Origin: an uncultured candidate division Zixibacteria bacterium
GTDB taxonomy: Bacteria > Zixibacteria > MSB-5A5 > GN15 > FEB-12
Assembly (NCBI GenBank): GCA_963806185.1
Contig: CAWDXE010000005.1
Span: 96,001-160,000, forward strand
Reading direction: 5' to 3'
DNA length: 64,000 nt
Shown: positions 22,101-31,742 of the stretch, piece by piece
Layout: each line of letters starts with the position of its first letter
How positions within the stretch are numbered: position 1 is the stretch's first letter
Program-made: the position numbers and the translations under genes
Notes under the pieces: model-generated
Seen by the model: the letters and a program-made list of their open reading frames with translations, nothing else
What the model was told of the DNA's origin: nothing
The model's database searches: none

Positions 22101-23018
22101 TTAGATTAATTCAAAGACGCGGGCCAGCCGTCCGCCGGCAGTGTCCAGTTTTTGCAGAGCGGTTGACCGGTCGCAATTCAGTTTGTACATCACCATCGCC
22201 AGTTTGAGCGATCCCCCGGCCCGTTCCATCAAGGCATCAACCTGATCGGCCGGCACGCTTAATTCGTCGATGAGAATTCGTCGCGCCCGCGCCGCCAGTT
22301 TGTCGGATTTTACCTGCAGATCGACCATGAGATTGCCCCAGGTCTTGCCGAGCAGAATCATGGCCGTTGTTGAGATCATATTCAGGGCCAATTTCTGAGC
22401 GGTACCGGATTTCATTCGGGTCGAGCCGGTGACCACTTCGGGGCCGACAGGCAGTTCAATGAGGATGTCGACGTCGAGAGGTTCGGCCGGGGCATTGCAG
22501 ATGATGAAGGCGGTGGGGCACCCGAGTGAACGAGCGTACTGCACACCGGAGACGGTATAGGGAGTACGGGTGGAGGCGGCGATACCAATCACCATGTCTT
22601 TGGAGGACAAGGCCTGTTGCTTCAGGTCGGCAATTGCGGCGTCGCGCCGGTCCTCTACCCCTTCCTGCGAGAGGGTCAGGGTGGCATAGCCGCCGGAGAT
22701 CACGCCGATAATTTGTTTCGGGTCGGTACCGTAGGTGGGCGGGCATTCGGCGGCGTCGAGGACCCCCAGCCGACCGGAGGTGCCGGCGCCAATGTAGAAG
22801 ACGCGCCCGTTGTTGCGCAGGGTCTGAGCGAAGAGTTCGGCGGCCAGGGCGATTTCGGGGAGGGCTTGTTCGACGACCAGCGGTACAATTTTATCTTCAT
22901 CGTTGATTTTGCGAGCAATCTCAAGCGGGGGAAGGCGGTCGATGTCGGCGGTATGCGGGTTGGCCTGTTCGGTGGCCAGTTTGCGGAGTTGTGAAATGAG
23001 GTCGTGGTAGGTTGACAT
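22101..23018 (-). CDS. murQ: N-acetylmuramic acid 6-phosphate etherase
   Basis: TEQANP, GAGTSGRLGVLDAAECPPTYG, GPEVVTGSTRMKSGTAQK, NLMVD. Confidence 0.97.
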   Translation of the reverse strand: MSTYHDLISQLRKLATEQANPHTADIDRLPPLEIARKINDEDKIVPLVVEQALPEIALAAELFAQTLRNNGRVFYIGAGTSGRLGVLDAAECPPTYGTDPKQIIGVISGGYATLTLSQEGVEDRRDAAIADLKQQALSSKDMVIGIAASTRTPYTVSGVQYARSLGCPTAFIICNAPAEPLDVDILIELPVGPEVVTGSTRMKSGTAQKLALNMISTTAMILLGKTWGNLMVDLQVKSDKLAARARRILIDELSVPADQVDALMERAGGSLKLAMVMYKLNCDRSTALQKLDTAGGRLARVFELI

Positions 23019-23102
23019 GGGCGCAAGGTATTTCACGCCGGGATGTCAGGCAAACAAAAACGCGCCCGAGGGCGCGCTGGTAAAACAAGTCGATTTCGAC
23101 GA

Positions 23103-23906
23103 TTACGGCTGAGCGACGACGTGAACCGAGTCACGGGCGAGCACGCGGACAGCGCCAAGGTGGCCGGATACTTTGGTCTTGGCGATATCGTCGGCCAATT
23201 GCGAAGGCAGCGGCACCGGCAAGGCAGTGCGGCTGAGCAGAGAGTCCGGCGCGCCAGTGAGAGCGTAGACATAGACGTAATACCAGCCGGTATCCGGGAG
23301 AACGCCACCGGTCGGATAGAACGCGTCTCGTTGTACGGTCGCCGCGGTGGCACCGTTGGTGGCATACTGACTAAAGCCGTGGCCGGTATATCGGTTCGCC
23401 CGTTGGACTGCAGACACGACGTAGGCCTCGGCGTAAAGTGCACCGGACCAATCGAGAATAACATCCTCGGCGCCGTTCACGGTCCTGTTCGGCGGAGTGA
23501 TGTTCGTGAGCGTGTACGTCCCCGGCATGACGACGATCTCCGAATCGGCGAGAATGTCGGCATCGGCGAAGACAAACTGGAAGTTGCCTGCGCCGTAGCG
23601 ACTGGCGACGGTGAACATCCGGCCATAGACGGAATCGCTGGTGAAAGGCGTGGGAATGTACGCCAGGGTATCGAGGCCGAGTTTGGCCTTGGCGGTTTTC
23701 AGGACGACGTTGTCCTTGGCGATGGTGGTCAGGACGATGGTGGTATCCCGGTTGGGATCAATAACCGTAACGCCTTTCAGCTTGTAACGGCCGGTGATTG
23801 AACCGCCGCCGTCATCCTTATTCGGGTAGGAATTGCACCCGGCAAAGAGGGCAATGATGGCCGCGGCCAGAAAAATGAAGATATTTTGAGTATGCTTGCA
23901 GTTCAT
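23103..23906 (-). CDS. Hypothetical lipoprotein
   Basis: MNCKHTQNIFIFLAAAIIALFAGC lipobox; beta-rich mature domain. Confidence 0.8.
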   Translation of the reverse strand: MNCKHTQNIFIFLAAAIIALFAGCNSYPNKDDGGGSITGRYKLKGVTVIDPNRDTTIVLTTIAKDNVVLKTAKAKLGLDTLAYIPTPFTSDSVYGRMFTVASRYGAGNFQFVFADADILADSEIVVMPGTYTLTNITPPNRTVNGAEDVILDWSGALYAEAYVVSAVQRANRYTGHGFSQYATNGATAATVQRDAFYPTGGVLPDTGWYYVYVYALTGAPDSLLSRTALPVPLPSQLADDIAKTKVSGHLGAVRVLARDSVHVVAQP

Positions 23907-24187
23907 TGAAATTCGTCGCCTTACCTTGAGATATCGGCAACTATTATACAAAATTCACCGCTAGTTCGATGACCGGGTGAATTGGTGGAACGGCTTGCGG
24001 CATGGGCGATTGGCTGGCGGGAGCCGGTAGGACGGCAGCGGTTGGGTGGGGGGGCGCGGAGAACTAATTCGGTCTATGCTTAGATTCTTGTTGTGTAGTT
24101 CAGCAGTTAGCGATAGACTGGCCGGTGTCCGATCAACCGCCGGAGGCGGTTGACACCCCGACGACAAGAATTTGGTATAATACATGT

Positions 24188-24283
24188 AGTTTGGCGGCCA
24201 GATAGTTGTAGCCATATGACTTCTGCGCCGCTTTTGAGCCCCGTACCGACTCCCTCCCCCCCGGTGCGGGGTCTCTTTTTTTT
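24188..24283 (+). ncRNA. Candidate small RNA, copy 1 (two hairpins, C-rich terminator loop)
   Basis: Extended -10 TGGTATAAT at 24173-24181 (TTGACA at 24150-24155); hairpin 1; terminator stem with loop ACTCCCTCCCC and T8 tail; 88 bp identical to 25783-25870. Confidence 0.65.
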
Positions 24284-24320
24284 CCTGCCGGGGCAGGCCG
24301 GGAGGCCTGCCGCCCACAAG

Positions 24321-25595
24321 TCATTTGATCAGGAGCATTTTGCGGCAATCGGCATAGCCGCCGGCTGAGAGTCGGTAGAAATATATGCCGCTCGGGGAAG
24401 TGCGGCCGGCGTTATCGGTCCCGTCCCATGCGACGACATATTTGCCGGCGGATCGAGCATCGTCAACCAGAGTGCGGACACTCTGGCCGAGGAGATTGAA
24501 TATCTCCAGAGTGACGCTCGATCGCTCTGGAATATCGAATTCGATCGTCGTGGACGGGTTGAACGGGTTCGGATAGTTCTGTCCGAGCCGAAAGTGATCG
24601 GGTAAGGAGTGATCGTTGTCGTTTACGCTGGTGGGGTTCAGATCGGCATACCAAAGACCATCGGAGCGTGCGGAATAGAGACGCCCGCCGAGGACGGCAA
24701 GGTCAAAGGGGAAGGGGCCGGGAACGGAGTCGATGACTTCCCAACCGTTACCGGTTGAGGTGTAGTAATACGCTCCATAGATGACAAAGAAGATAGAGGC
24801 GTAGACGCGATCCTGATCGGCGGCGACCGAACCGTTGGCGATCAGGTGCGGAGTGACCTCATCGCGCTCCCAGGTCGCACCGGAATCGTGACTGATGTAG
24901 AGCCCGTTGCCGGCGGCGCCATACACGAGGCCATTCCGGCTCGTCATATCCAGCATGCCGGCTCCGCGAGGATCGAAGGCCGAGAAAGGGAATTCGGTCC
25001 AACCGGTCGAATTCGGGGCATTCCGAAAGATCGAACTGTTGAAGCCTGCTCCGGATATCAGGTAGTTGTCGTGGTTATAGACCGACAGAATGTTGGAAGC
25101 CGTGTTATCGGGCATGCCATCTCTGAAACTATGCCAGACAGAGCTTCCGCCGAGGTCCATGACAGATATGCCGGCGCCGAAGGTGCCAACATAAAGGCTG
25201 TCGCCACGGTTGGTCAAATCACCTATGTCATTCGAGCCAAGGCCGGTCAGACCGGTATTGCAGGGACCCCAGGAAAGGCCGTTATCGTCCGACTCAAACA
25301 CTCCCTTGGTGTACGTGCCGGCGAAGAGGCGGTCACCTACCTTGATGATGCCGGATAGCAGGTTTACCTCGGGATCAAGGGCGGCTAGCGTATCCCAATT
25401 ATTCTCTTGTCGGTCAAAGCGATAGAGCAGACCGCCGGAGGCGGAATAGAGGGTGTCGTGGTACGTGTAAAGATGGGTAGTTTCGCCGGTCGGAACCTCG
25501 GTAACCTGATGCCAGGTCAGGGCTGCACGACTGCGGGTAGCCAGAACCGTGACCAGGCCGAGCGAAATGATTAAGAGAAGGGTTGTCTTTTTCAT
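24321..25595 (-). CDS. Secreted beta-propeller/BNR-repeat protein with FlgD-Ig / T9SS-like C-terminal sorting domain
   Basis: Signal peptide; SDDNGLSW and SHDSGATW Asp-boxes; LGQNYPNPFNPSTTIEF...WDGTD...SGIYFYRL...KMLLIK. Confidence 0.88.
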   Translation of the reverse strand: MKKTTLLLIISLGLVTVLATRSRAALTWHQVTEVPTGETTHLYTYHDTLYSASGGLLYRFDRQENNWDTLAALDPEVNLLSGIIKVGDRLFAGTYTKGVFESDDNGLSWGPCNTGLTGLGSNDIGDLTNRGDSLYVGTFGAGISVMDLGGSSVWHSFRDGMPDNTASNILSVYNHDNYLISGAGFNSSIFRNAPNSTGWTEFPFSAFDPRGAGMLDMTSRNGLVYGAAGNGLYISHDSGATWERDEVTPHLIANGSVAADQDRVYASIFFVIYGAYYYTSTGNGWEVIDSVPGPFPFDLAVLGGRLYSARSDGLWYADLNPTSVNDNDHSLPDHFRLGQNYPNPFNPSTTIEFDIPERSSVTLEIFNLLGQSVRTLVDDARSAGKYVVAWDGTDNAGRTSPSGIYFYRLSAGGYADCRKMLLIK

Positions 25596-25776
25596 AGAGG
25601 AGTAAACGGATCAATGTTAGATATGTTCCACGAGATACGTAGTTTGGCGGAAAGATGTTCCTGTGCGCGGCAGGTTTCATATTTGGCAGGAGCGCAAGGC
25701 TGCGGCCCTACAGCCTATCCCCTGCCGGGGCAGGCCGGGAGGCCTGCCACCCACATTGATTTGGTATAATATACGT

Positions 25777-25870
25777 AAGTTGGGCGGCCAGATAGTTGTA
25801 GCCATATGACTTCTGCGCCGCTTTTGAGCCCCGTACCGACTCCCTCCCCCCCGGTGCGGGGTCTCTTTTT
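25777..25870 (+). ncRNA. Candidate small RNA, copy 2
   Basis: TGGTATAAT at 25762-25770 followed by the same 88-bp two-hairpin unit and a T5 tail. Confidence 0.65.
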
Positions 25871-25940
25871 CTATTGGAGATCAGGGTCCGGGACGGCGGA
25901 TTTCGGATTAGACCGGAGCACAAAGCTCCTGCCCTACGAC

Positions 25941-27002
25941 CTAGCGGCCACGCGTCGTCGAGTCGCCTGGGTCAGCATACGGCGGGGTGGATGTGATGCC
26001 GAATCTCTCCAGCAGTTTATGCGACGGTCGGTTGACGCGCGCCCGGTAGACGTTGGGTTTGTCGGTCGCGGTCAATCTCCCCCGGGTGATGGCGCGCAGC
26101 CGCTGGAACTGTGCCGAGTCAGCTACTTCGGCCAGGATTTCGTAGGTCGTTGTGTCCTTGACCTGCCCGGCTTGCTGGCTGCGGGCGATCGCACCCCACT
26201 CCTCCATCGTGTGCGCCTCTGCCGGGTGGAAGTCGTACTCGCCTTTGTAGCGTACGTACCACTGGTTGTCCGCGGAGAAGTTCTCCAGCCGCTGGGTGCA
26301 CGGCTTTTGCTCCAGTTCCCGCATGCGCGCAAGGTCCAGTTCTGCCTGGGTGGCTTTGCGCGTGCGCGCCCAGCCGCCGCTGGGCAGCCGGTGGTACCCT
26401 TCGCGCTCGTAGGCCGCCGCTAGCGATTCGGCCGAGTCGGCAGCACGCTGAGCCTGCTGGGCGGCCCGGATGCTGTCAGACGTCAAGTTTAAGATGGAAT
26501 CGCCCGCCGGCGGCTGCGCCGAAAGTCGCGCCGCCAACTCATCGCGCGCCACTATGCGTATGTCGTAAGCCAGCGACCGAAAGGCACCGGCCTCCGGCAC
26601 AAACGAGTGGATGTTGCAGTCGTCGCGGTCGCCAAAATTGAAGCAGTAGGTCAACCCGCACGTGTCGCCCGGCGGGAGAATGACCTGCAGCTCGTGGGTA
26701 TAGGTCTCGCGCGCATCGAACGTCTCCTGCCAAGTCGCCTCCCCGACGAACTGCAACCCGCCCCACGGCTCAAAGCGCACCGTGAACGACGGAACCTTCG
26801 TATACTTGTTGCGCGTCAAGGTCAGCACCACCGGTACCGGCTGACCCGCCGGCACCAACTCTGCCACGGTGAACTTGTAATCCACCTGGAAGAGCCTTCT
26901 CGGCGGACTGGACTGCACGGACCCGCAAATCAGCAGAAGTACGATAGAAAACATGACATTCAAGAAGATCAATCGTTTCGACGAAGAGTGGGGCGTCGCC
27001 AT
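25941..27002 (-). CDS. Hypothetical secreted protein
   Basis: Long ORF with N-terminal hydrophobic segment (FSIVLLLICGSVQS); start uncertain. Confidence 0.65.
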   Translation of the reverse strand: MATPHSSSKRLIFLNVMFSIVLLLICGSVQSSPPRRLFQVDYKFTVAELVPAGQPVPVVLTLTRNKYTKVPSFTVRFEPWGGLQFVGEATWQETFDARETYTHELQVILPPGDTCGLTYCFNFGDRDDCNIHSFVPEAGAFRSLAYDIRIVARDELAARLSAQPPAGDSILNLTSDSIRAAQQAQRAADSAESLAAAYEREGYHRLPSGGWARTRKATQAELDLARMRELEQKPCTQRLENFSADNQWYVRYKGEYDFHPAEAHTMEEWGAIARSQQAGQVKDTTTYEILAEVADSAQFQRLRAITRGRLTATDKPNVYRARVNRPSHKLLERFGITSTPPYADPGDSTTRGR

Positions 27003-27272
27003 AGGACGCCAACTTGTGTTTCGCAGCGAGACTCCAATCATAAACACTTTCTCAACAGCTATGTGCAATCTGTGCGCGGCAGGTCTCCTGACCTGCCCGT
27101 TCCCTGTCTGAAACATAGCTGACATTGTCTACGGAAGCAAGTGATGAGCTCGCGGATGGGCCGGATTTGCGGCCCACTTGAATCCCAAGGGAGGGCTAGA
27201 AGGCCGGGCACCTACATAAGATAGGCAGGAGCGCAGGGCTCCGGCCCTACGCTCCGCCCAGAAAACGAGAGG

Positions 27273-28672
27273 CTAGAATTTGGCCCAGCGCGGGACGCGC
27301 GGGAACGGGAGTACGTCGCGAATATTCCCCATACCAGTGATGTACATGATGGCGCGTTCGAAACCGAGGCCGAACCCGGAATGCGGCACCGTGCCGTAGC
27401 GGCGACTATCCAGATACCACCAGTAGGCAGAGAGATTGGTGATCCCCTTTTTCGTCATGCGATTTTCGAGAACGTCGAGCCGTTCTTCGCGCTGTGATCC
27501 GCCGATGATCTCGCCGATCTTGGGCACGAGTACGTCCATAGCCCGAACGGTCTTGCCGTCGTCGTTGAGCCGCATGTAGAACGCTTTGATCTCTTCGGGG
27601 TAGTCGTAGACGATGACCGGCTTCTTGAAGGCTTTTTCGGTGAGAAATCGTTCGTGCTCCGACTGCATATCAACTCCCCACTTGACCGGGATATTCGAAC
27701 TTCTCCCCTGACTTCTCGAGAATCTTTATCGCATCCGTATAAGAGAGGCGCTCGAATTTTGCGCCGGCGACACCCTCGAGTGTAGCACGGACGGACTTGT
27801 CGACCCATTCGCCGAAGAAGTCCATTTCGTCTTTGCATTCGGTCAGGGCGAAAGTGAAGATGTTCTTGAGGAAGTCCTCGGCCAAATCCATGTTGTCATC
27901 GTTTTCGGCCCAGGCCATTTCCGGCTCAACCATCCAGAATTCGGAGGCATGGCGGCTGGTGTTGGAGTTTTCGGCGCGGAAGGTGGGGCCAAACGTGTAG
28001 ATGTCACCCAGCGCGGTGGCCAGCAGCTCTCCCTCGAGCTGGCCGGAGACGGTGAGAAAGGCCTCGGCTTCAAAGAAGTCCTGTTCCCAGTCCGGGTGGC
28101 CCTCTTTGAGCGGCAGGTTGGTCAACGGAAGCGTGGTGACGCGGAACATGTCGCCGGCGCCTTCGGCATCGGAGGCCGAGATGATCGGCGTGTGGACGTA
28201 GAAGAAACCGCGTTCCTGATAGTAGCGGTGAACGGCGTACGACAATTTGGAGCGTATCCGATTCACGGCGCCGAAGGTGTTGGTGCGGGGTCGAAGATGG
28301 GCGATCTCGCGCAGGAATTCCATGGTGTGGCGTTTTTTTTGCAGCGGATAGCTGGCGTCGGCGACGCCGACCAGGTCGATCGTGGCGACGGCGATTTCGT
28401 ATTTCTGGCCCTGCCCCTGGGACGGAATCAGCTTACCGATGAGGCGAACTAGAGGCACCGGTGAGGATTTCGTTGAGGACGGGGAAATTCTCCGGATTGG
28501 CGACGACGCCCTGAATGTTCTTCATGCAGGAACCGTCGTTGACCTCTATGAAGGCGATCCCCTTCGAGATGCGGACGGTCCGCACCCAGCCGAGGATAAT
28601 AACGTCAGTGTCGACCGGCACGCGGTCGTGTACGAGAATGGCGGCGATCTTGGTTCGTTGCTTGTAGTTCAT
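27273..28672 (-). CDS. asnS: Asparagine--tRNA ligase (two +1 frameshifts, near 28451 and 27688)
   Basis: Three consecutive frames give [15 protein letters not shown] / [39 protein letters not shown] / [24 protein letters not shown]. Confidence 0.93.
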
Positions 28673-28893
28673 GCTGCTTTCTCCAGAATTCCCGAATTTC
28701 CCCGGGCGTGTCTGGCGCCTTCGGGAAAGACCTACAGTATACAGCAGAACCGGCCTGAAACGCAATGGCAACCCCGACCGACCGGGGCGGCGGCTTGGTG
28801 AAGCGAGGAAAGTCCGGCGCGGTGTCGCTTGCGCCGCCCCATGAAGTCCATTATCCTTGCGGCAACTAAGGAATCGATGAAAAAGGAGAGATC

Positions 28894-29376
28894 ATGGCCG
28901 ACCCGAAGGATATTGCCAAAGTGCTGCGAAAGCTGCAGTACGGCGTGTATGTGGTAACGATGGGCAAGGGAAATGAGGGAAACGCGTTCACCGCGTCGTG
29001 GATTTCGCAAGTCAGTTCCCTGCCGCCGATGCTGGCGCTGGCGGTGAATAACAAGCACCAGTCGGCCCGCCTGCTGAATGAGCTGGACGCGTACGCAGTG
29101 AATTTGATTCCCGAGGGGCAGGATGCGGTGGCAAAAGCGTACTATGGCCCGGCGGAATCCGGATACGAGAAGCTGAAAGCCAAGAATGTGGCGGTGTCGA
29201 GCGGCACAGGGACGGCGCTGCTGGCGGGCGTGATGGGGTATCTGGATTGCCGGATCGTGAATCGAGTCGGCTGCGGCAACCATACGCTGTATATCGGAGA
29301 GATAGTCGCGGCGCATCTTGATGCGGACGGGCGGATTCTGACGACTGAGAAGAGCGGGATGTTGTATCTCGGGTAG
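28894..29376 (+). CDS. Flavin reductase-like protein
   Basis: YGVYVVT, NAFTASWISQVS..PP, GNHTLYIGEI; AAGGAG RBS. Confidence 0.9.
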   Translation: MADPKDIAKVLRKLQYGVYVVTMGKGNEGNAFTASWISQVSSLPPMLALAVNNKHQSARLLNELDAYAVNLIPEGQDAVAKAYYGPAESGYEKLKAKNVAVSSGTGTALLAGVMGYLDCRIVNRVGCGNHTLYIGEIVAAHLDADGRILTTEKSGMLYLG

Positions 29377-29415
29377 GGTGTATCAGACGGCCCACGGCGC
29401 GGAACGGGTCGCTGT

Positions 29416-29446
29416 AAGAAAGAACGGCTCGTCTTTCGACGAGCCG
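29416..29446 (-). terminator. Intrinsic terminator of the PEP-CTERM gene (possibly bidirectional)
   Basis: CGGCTCGTC/GACGAGCCG perfect stem with TTCTTTCTT tail on the minus strand. Confidence 0.7.
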
Positions 29447-29476
29447 CTCAGAAGGGTATTGTGAGTCGGGGAAATG

Positions 29477-30154
29477 CTAGTTCTTGAAGCGACGAACTAT
29501 ACCCAGGCCGACCGTACCAAGTCCGAAGAGGAGCATGGTAGTCGGTTCAGGAACCGGAGGTCCCGGAACTGATTCGGCGTTGTGGGAGAAGGGGGCCTTG
29601 CAAAACTTGTCGGGATCGTTATTGGCTACGCTGTAACCGTAGGCATCAAAACCGACCCAGGCATACGAAGTTTCGATCTGAAATTTCCAGATATTTCCCT
29701 TCTTGGCCGCACCCGGATTGACATAGTCGTACACATCGACAGTGTTAATCGGGTCGGTCGCATCCGCAACTTTGGTATCAAAGTAATGGGACGGGTAATA
29801 CCCGTGGCCGGGCATGGTACCGGGATCCGGCTGGAGCGCCGGCGGCGGAGTGCCGTAGAGATAATCAGCCGCGTTGACGGATTTGGTAGATCCGCCGAAC
29901 GGGGTGATTTTCAGCCAACCGTCGGTCGGGGTCTGATCCGGCTTGAGCACGGACACCAAGTGGATGTTGTGCAACGCCTTGGAGTCGACGTTGGCGGCCA
30001 CCACCCACAGCTCGAAGGAACTCGTATGAGTCTCCCACGACTGAGTCGCAGCGTTGAGGGTGGCTTCCGGGCTGAAGAGTTGAAGGTTCGGCACCGCAAA
30101 CGCTGCCGGAACTAGCAGAAGCAACATGAGGGTGCTGAGCAGAACTCTTTTCAC
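29477..30154 (-). CDS. PEP-CTERM (exosortase target) protein, choice-of-anchor N-like
   Basis: Signal peptide ending AFA; C-terminal VPEPTTMLLFGLGTVGLGIVRRFKN; GTG start with GAGGG RBS. Confidence 0.9.
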   Translation of the reverse strand: MKRVLLSTLMLLLLVPAAFAVPNLQLFSPEATLNAATQSWETHTSSFELWVVAANVDSKALHNIHLVSVLKPDQTPTDGWLKITPFGGSTKSVNAADYLYGTPPPALQPDPGTMPGHGYYPSHYFDTKVADATDPINTVDVYDYVNPGAAKKGNIWKFQIETSYAWVGFDAYGYSVANNDPDKFCKAPFSHNAESVPGPPVPEPTTMLLFGLGTVGLGIVRRFKN

Positions 30155-30228
30155 TAACCCTCTCTTTCTCGTGACGACTTGGTTTATCTTGTTTCCGCGG
30201 AAGCTACAGTTATCCAGTTGTGATATGA

Positions 30229-30242
30229 GCAAGTTCCGTGCC
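30229..30242 (-). promoter_or_regulatory. sigma54 -24/-12 promoter of the PEP-CTERM gene
   Basis: Minus strand GGCACGGAACTTGC (GG-N10-GC); PEP-CTERM genes are commonly sigma54-driven. Confidence 0.75.
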
Positions 30243-30485
30243 CCCGTTGAGGAGCGATCGCCGCGCCACAGGAATCGCCGTTAACTTGTTGTACAACATG
30301 TGCTTCACGCGAACTTACGGCGGGGCGGCCTAGCCGAGCTGGGTTCGTGTGAAGGTGGGTATGAAGTGGATTGCGGAGTTTTGATTGTATTGGTCCAATG
30401 AAATTTGGATTTCCCCGGTCTATGACCAGGGAACGGATCGGGCACACGCAAACCGGACGAAAAATAAGTGCCGGCGGTTCATTTT

Positions 30486-30520
30486 CACTGACAGCATCTG
30501 TCAGTGCTCCGCGGTAAGAT
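30486..30520 (+). promoter_or_regulatory. recA promoter: 9-3-9 palindrome plus -10, RecA-NDp/PafBC-like
   Basis: CACTGACAG-CAT-CTGTCAGTG, then 8 nt and TAAGAT. Confidence 0.65.
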
Positions 30521-30574
30521 GGGGTGAGGAAAGTGATGGCGTGAGACGCAAATTATAGATATTGTAACAGGCTT

Positions 30575-31669
30575 ATGGCAAAAGAGAAACCAGACACTAG
30601 GAAAGGCAGGCCGGAAATGGCGAGTGCGACGGCCACATTGGCGCCTGATCGGAAGAAGGCATTGGACGCTGCTTTGACGCAGATTGAGCGATCGTTTGGC
30701 AAGGGGTCGATCATGCGGATGGGCGACGGGACCGTTAGTGAGATAGAGGTGATCTCGACGGGGTCGCTGGGCCTGGATTTCGCGCTGGGGGTGTGGGGTA
30801 TTCCGCGCGGCCGGGTGACCGAGGTATTTGGTCCGGAGTCATCGGGGAAAACGACTCTGGCTCTGCATATCATCAGCGAGGCGCAGAAGGTGGGCGGAGT
30901 GGCGGCCTTTATCGACGCCGAGCATGCGCTGGATGCCAATTATGCACAGGCGCTGGGGGTGGATCTGAGCAATCTACTCATTTCGCAGCCGGATAACGGC
31001 GAGCAAGCGCTGGACATCACGGAGACACTGGTTCGGTCGGGCGCGGTGGATATCATCGTGGTCGATTCGGTGGCGGCGTTGACGCCGAAATCCGAGATCG
31101 AAGGCGAGATGGGCGACAGCCATATGGGGCTGCAGGCTCGTCTGATGTCGCAGGCGTTGCGCAAGCTTACCGCGATTACGTCGAAGTCGCATACGGCGAT
31201 CATATTCATCAACCAGATTCGGATGAAGATCGGGGTGATGTTCGGCAATCCGGAGACGACGACCGGCGGCAACGCGCTCAAGTTTTACGCCACGTGCCGG
31301 CTGGATATTCGCAAGATAGCCTCGATCAAGGAAAATCAGGATGTGATCGGATCGCGCACACGGGTACGAGTGGTGAAGAACAAAGTGGCGCCGCCGTTCC
31401 GTGAGGCGGAATTTGATATTGTCTACGGCAAGGGGATTTCGCGCTCCGGCGAGCTTGTTGACATGGCGTCGAATTACGGCATTGTCGAGAAGTCGGGATC
31501 CTGGTTCAGTTATAAGGGTGACCGGCTGGGGCAGGGGCGTGAAGCGGCGAAGCGGTTTCTCGAGGAGAACCCGGCGACGTTTACGGAAGTACTGGCCGGG
31601 GTGAAAGAGAATCTCGGCATGAATCCGGCGGCGGCAGTACGCCGGTCCGAAGACGAGGATACCGACTAA
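30575..31669 (+). CDS. recA: Recombinase RecA
   Basis: [45 protein letters not shown]; alternative start 30617. Confidence 0.99.
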   Translation: MAKEKPDTRKGRPEMASATATLAPDRKKALDAALTQIERSFGKGSIMRMGDGTVSEIEVISTGSLGLDFALGVWGIPRGRVTEVFGPESSGKTTLALHIISEAQKVGGVAAFIDAEHALDANYAQALGVDLSNLLISQPDNGEQALDITETLVRSGAVDIIVVDSVAALTPKSEIEGEMGDSHMGLQARLMSQALRKLTAITSKSHTAIIFINQIRMKIGVMFGNPETTTGGNALKFYATCRLDIRKIASIKENQDVIGSRTRVRVVKNKVAPPFREAEFDIVYGKGISRSGELVDMASNYGIVEKSGSWFSYKGDRLGQGREAAKRFLEENPATFTEVLAGVKENLGMNPAAAVRRSEDEDTD

Positions 31670-31691
31670 GCGAGATTGCCAGCGGATCGTG

Positions 31692-31732
31692 AAATCGGGT
31701 CGGTCCTCAGGACCGCCCCGATTTTTGCTTTT
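31692..31732 (+). terminator. Intrinsic terminator after recA
   Basis: AAATCGGGTCGGTCC/GGACCGCCCCGATTT stem with T-rich tail. Confidence 0.75.
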
Positions 31733-31742
31733 GTCCCGGCGA

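Noticed and set aside
23961..24368. ORFs spanning the duplicated 88-bp unit (also 25708-25923 and 25806-26423)
   Set aside because: The frames diverge outside the repeat, there is no RBS and no shared stop; an RNA-level explanation fits better
28805..28818. GAGGAAAGTCCGG resembling the RNase P RNA 5' conserved motif
   Set aside because: A CDS starts about 75 bp later, and no downstream RNase P motifs or room for a roughly 350-nt RNA exist
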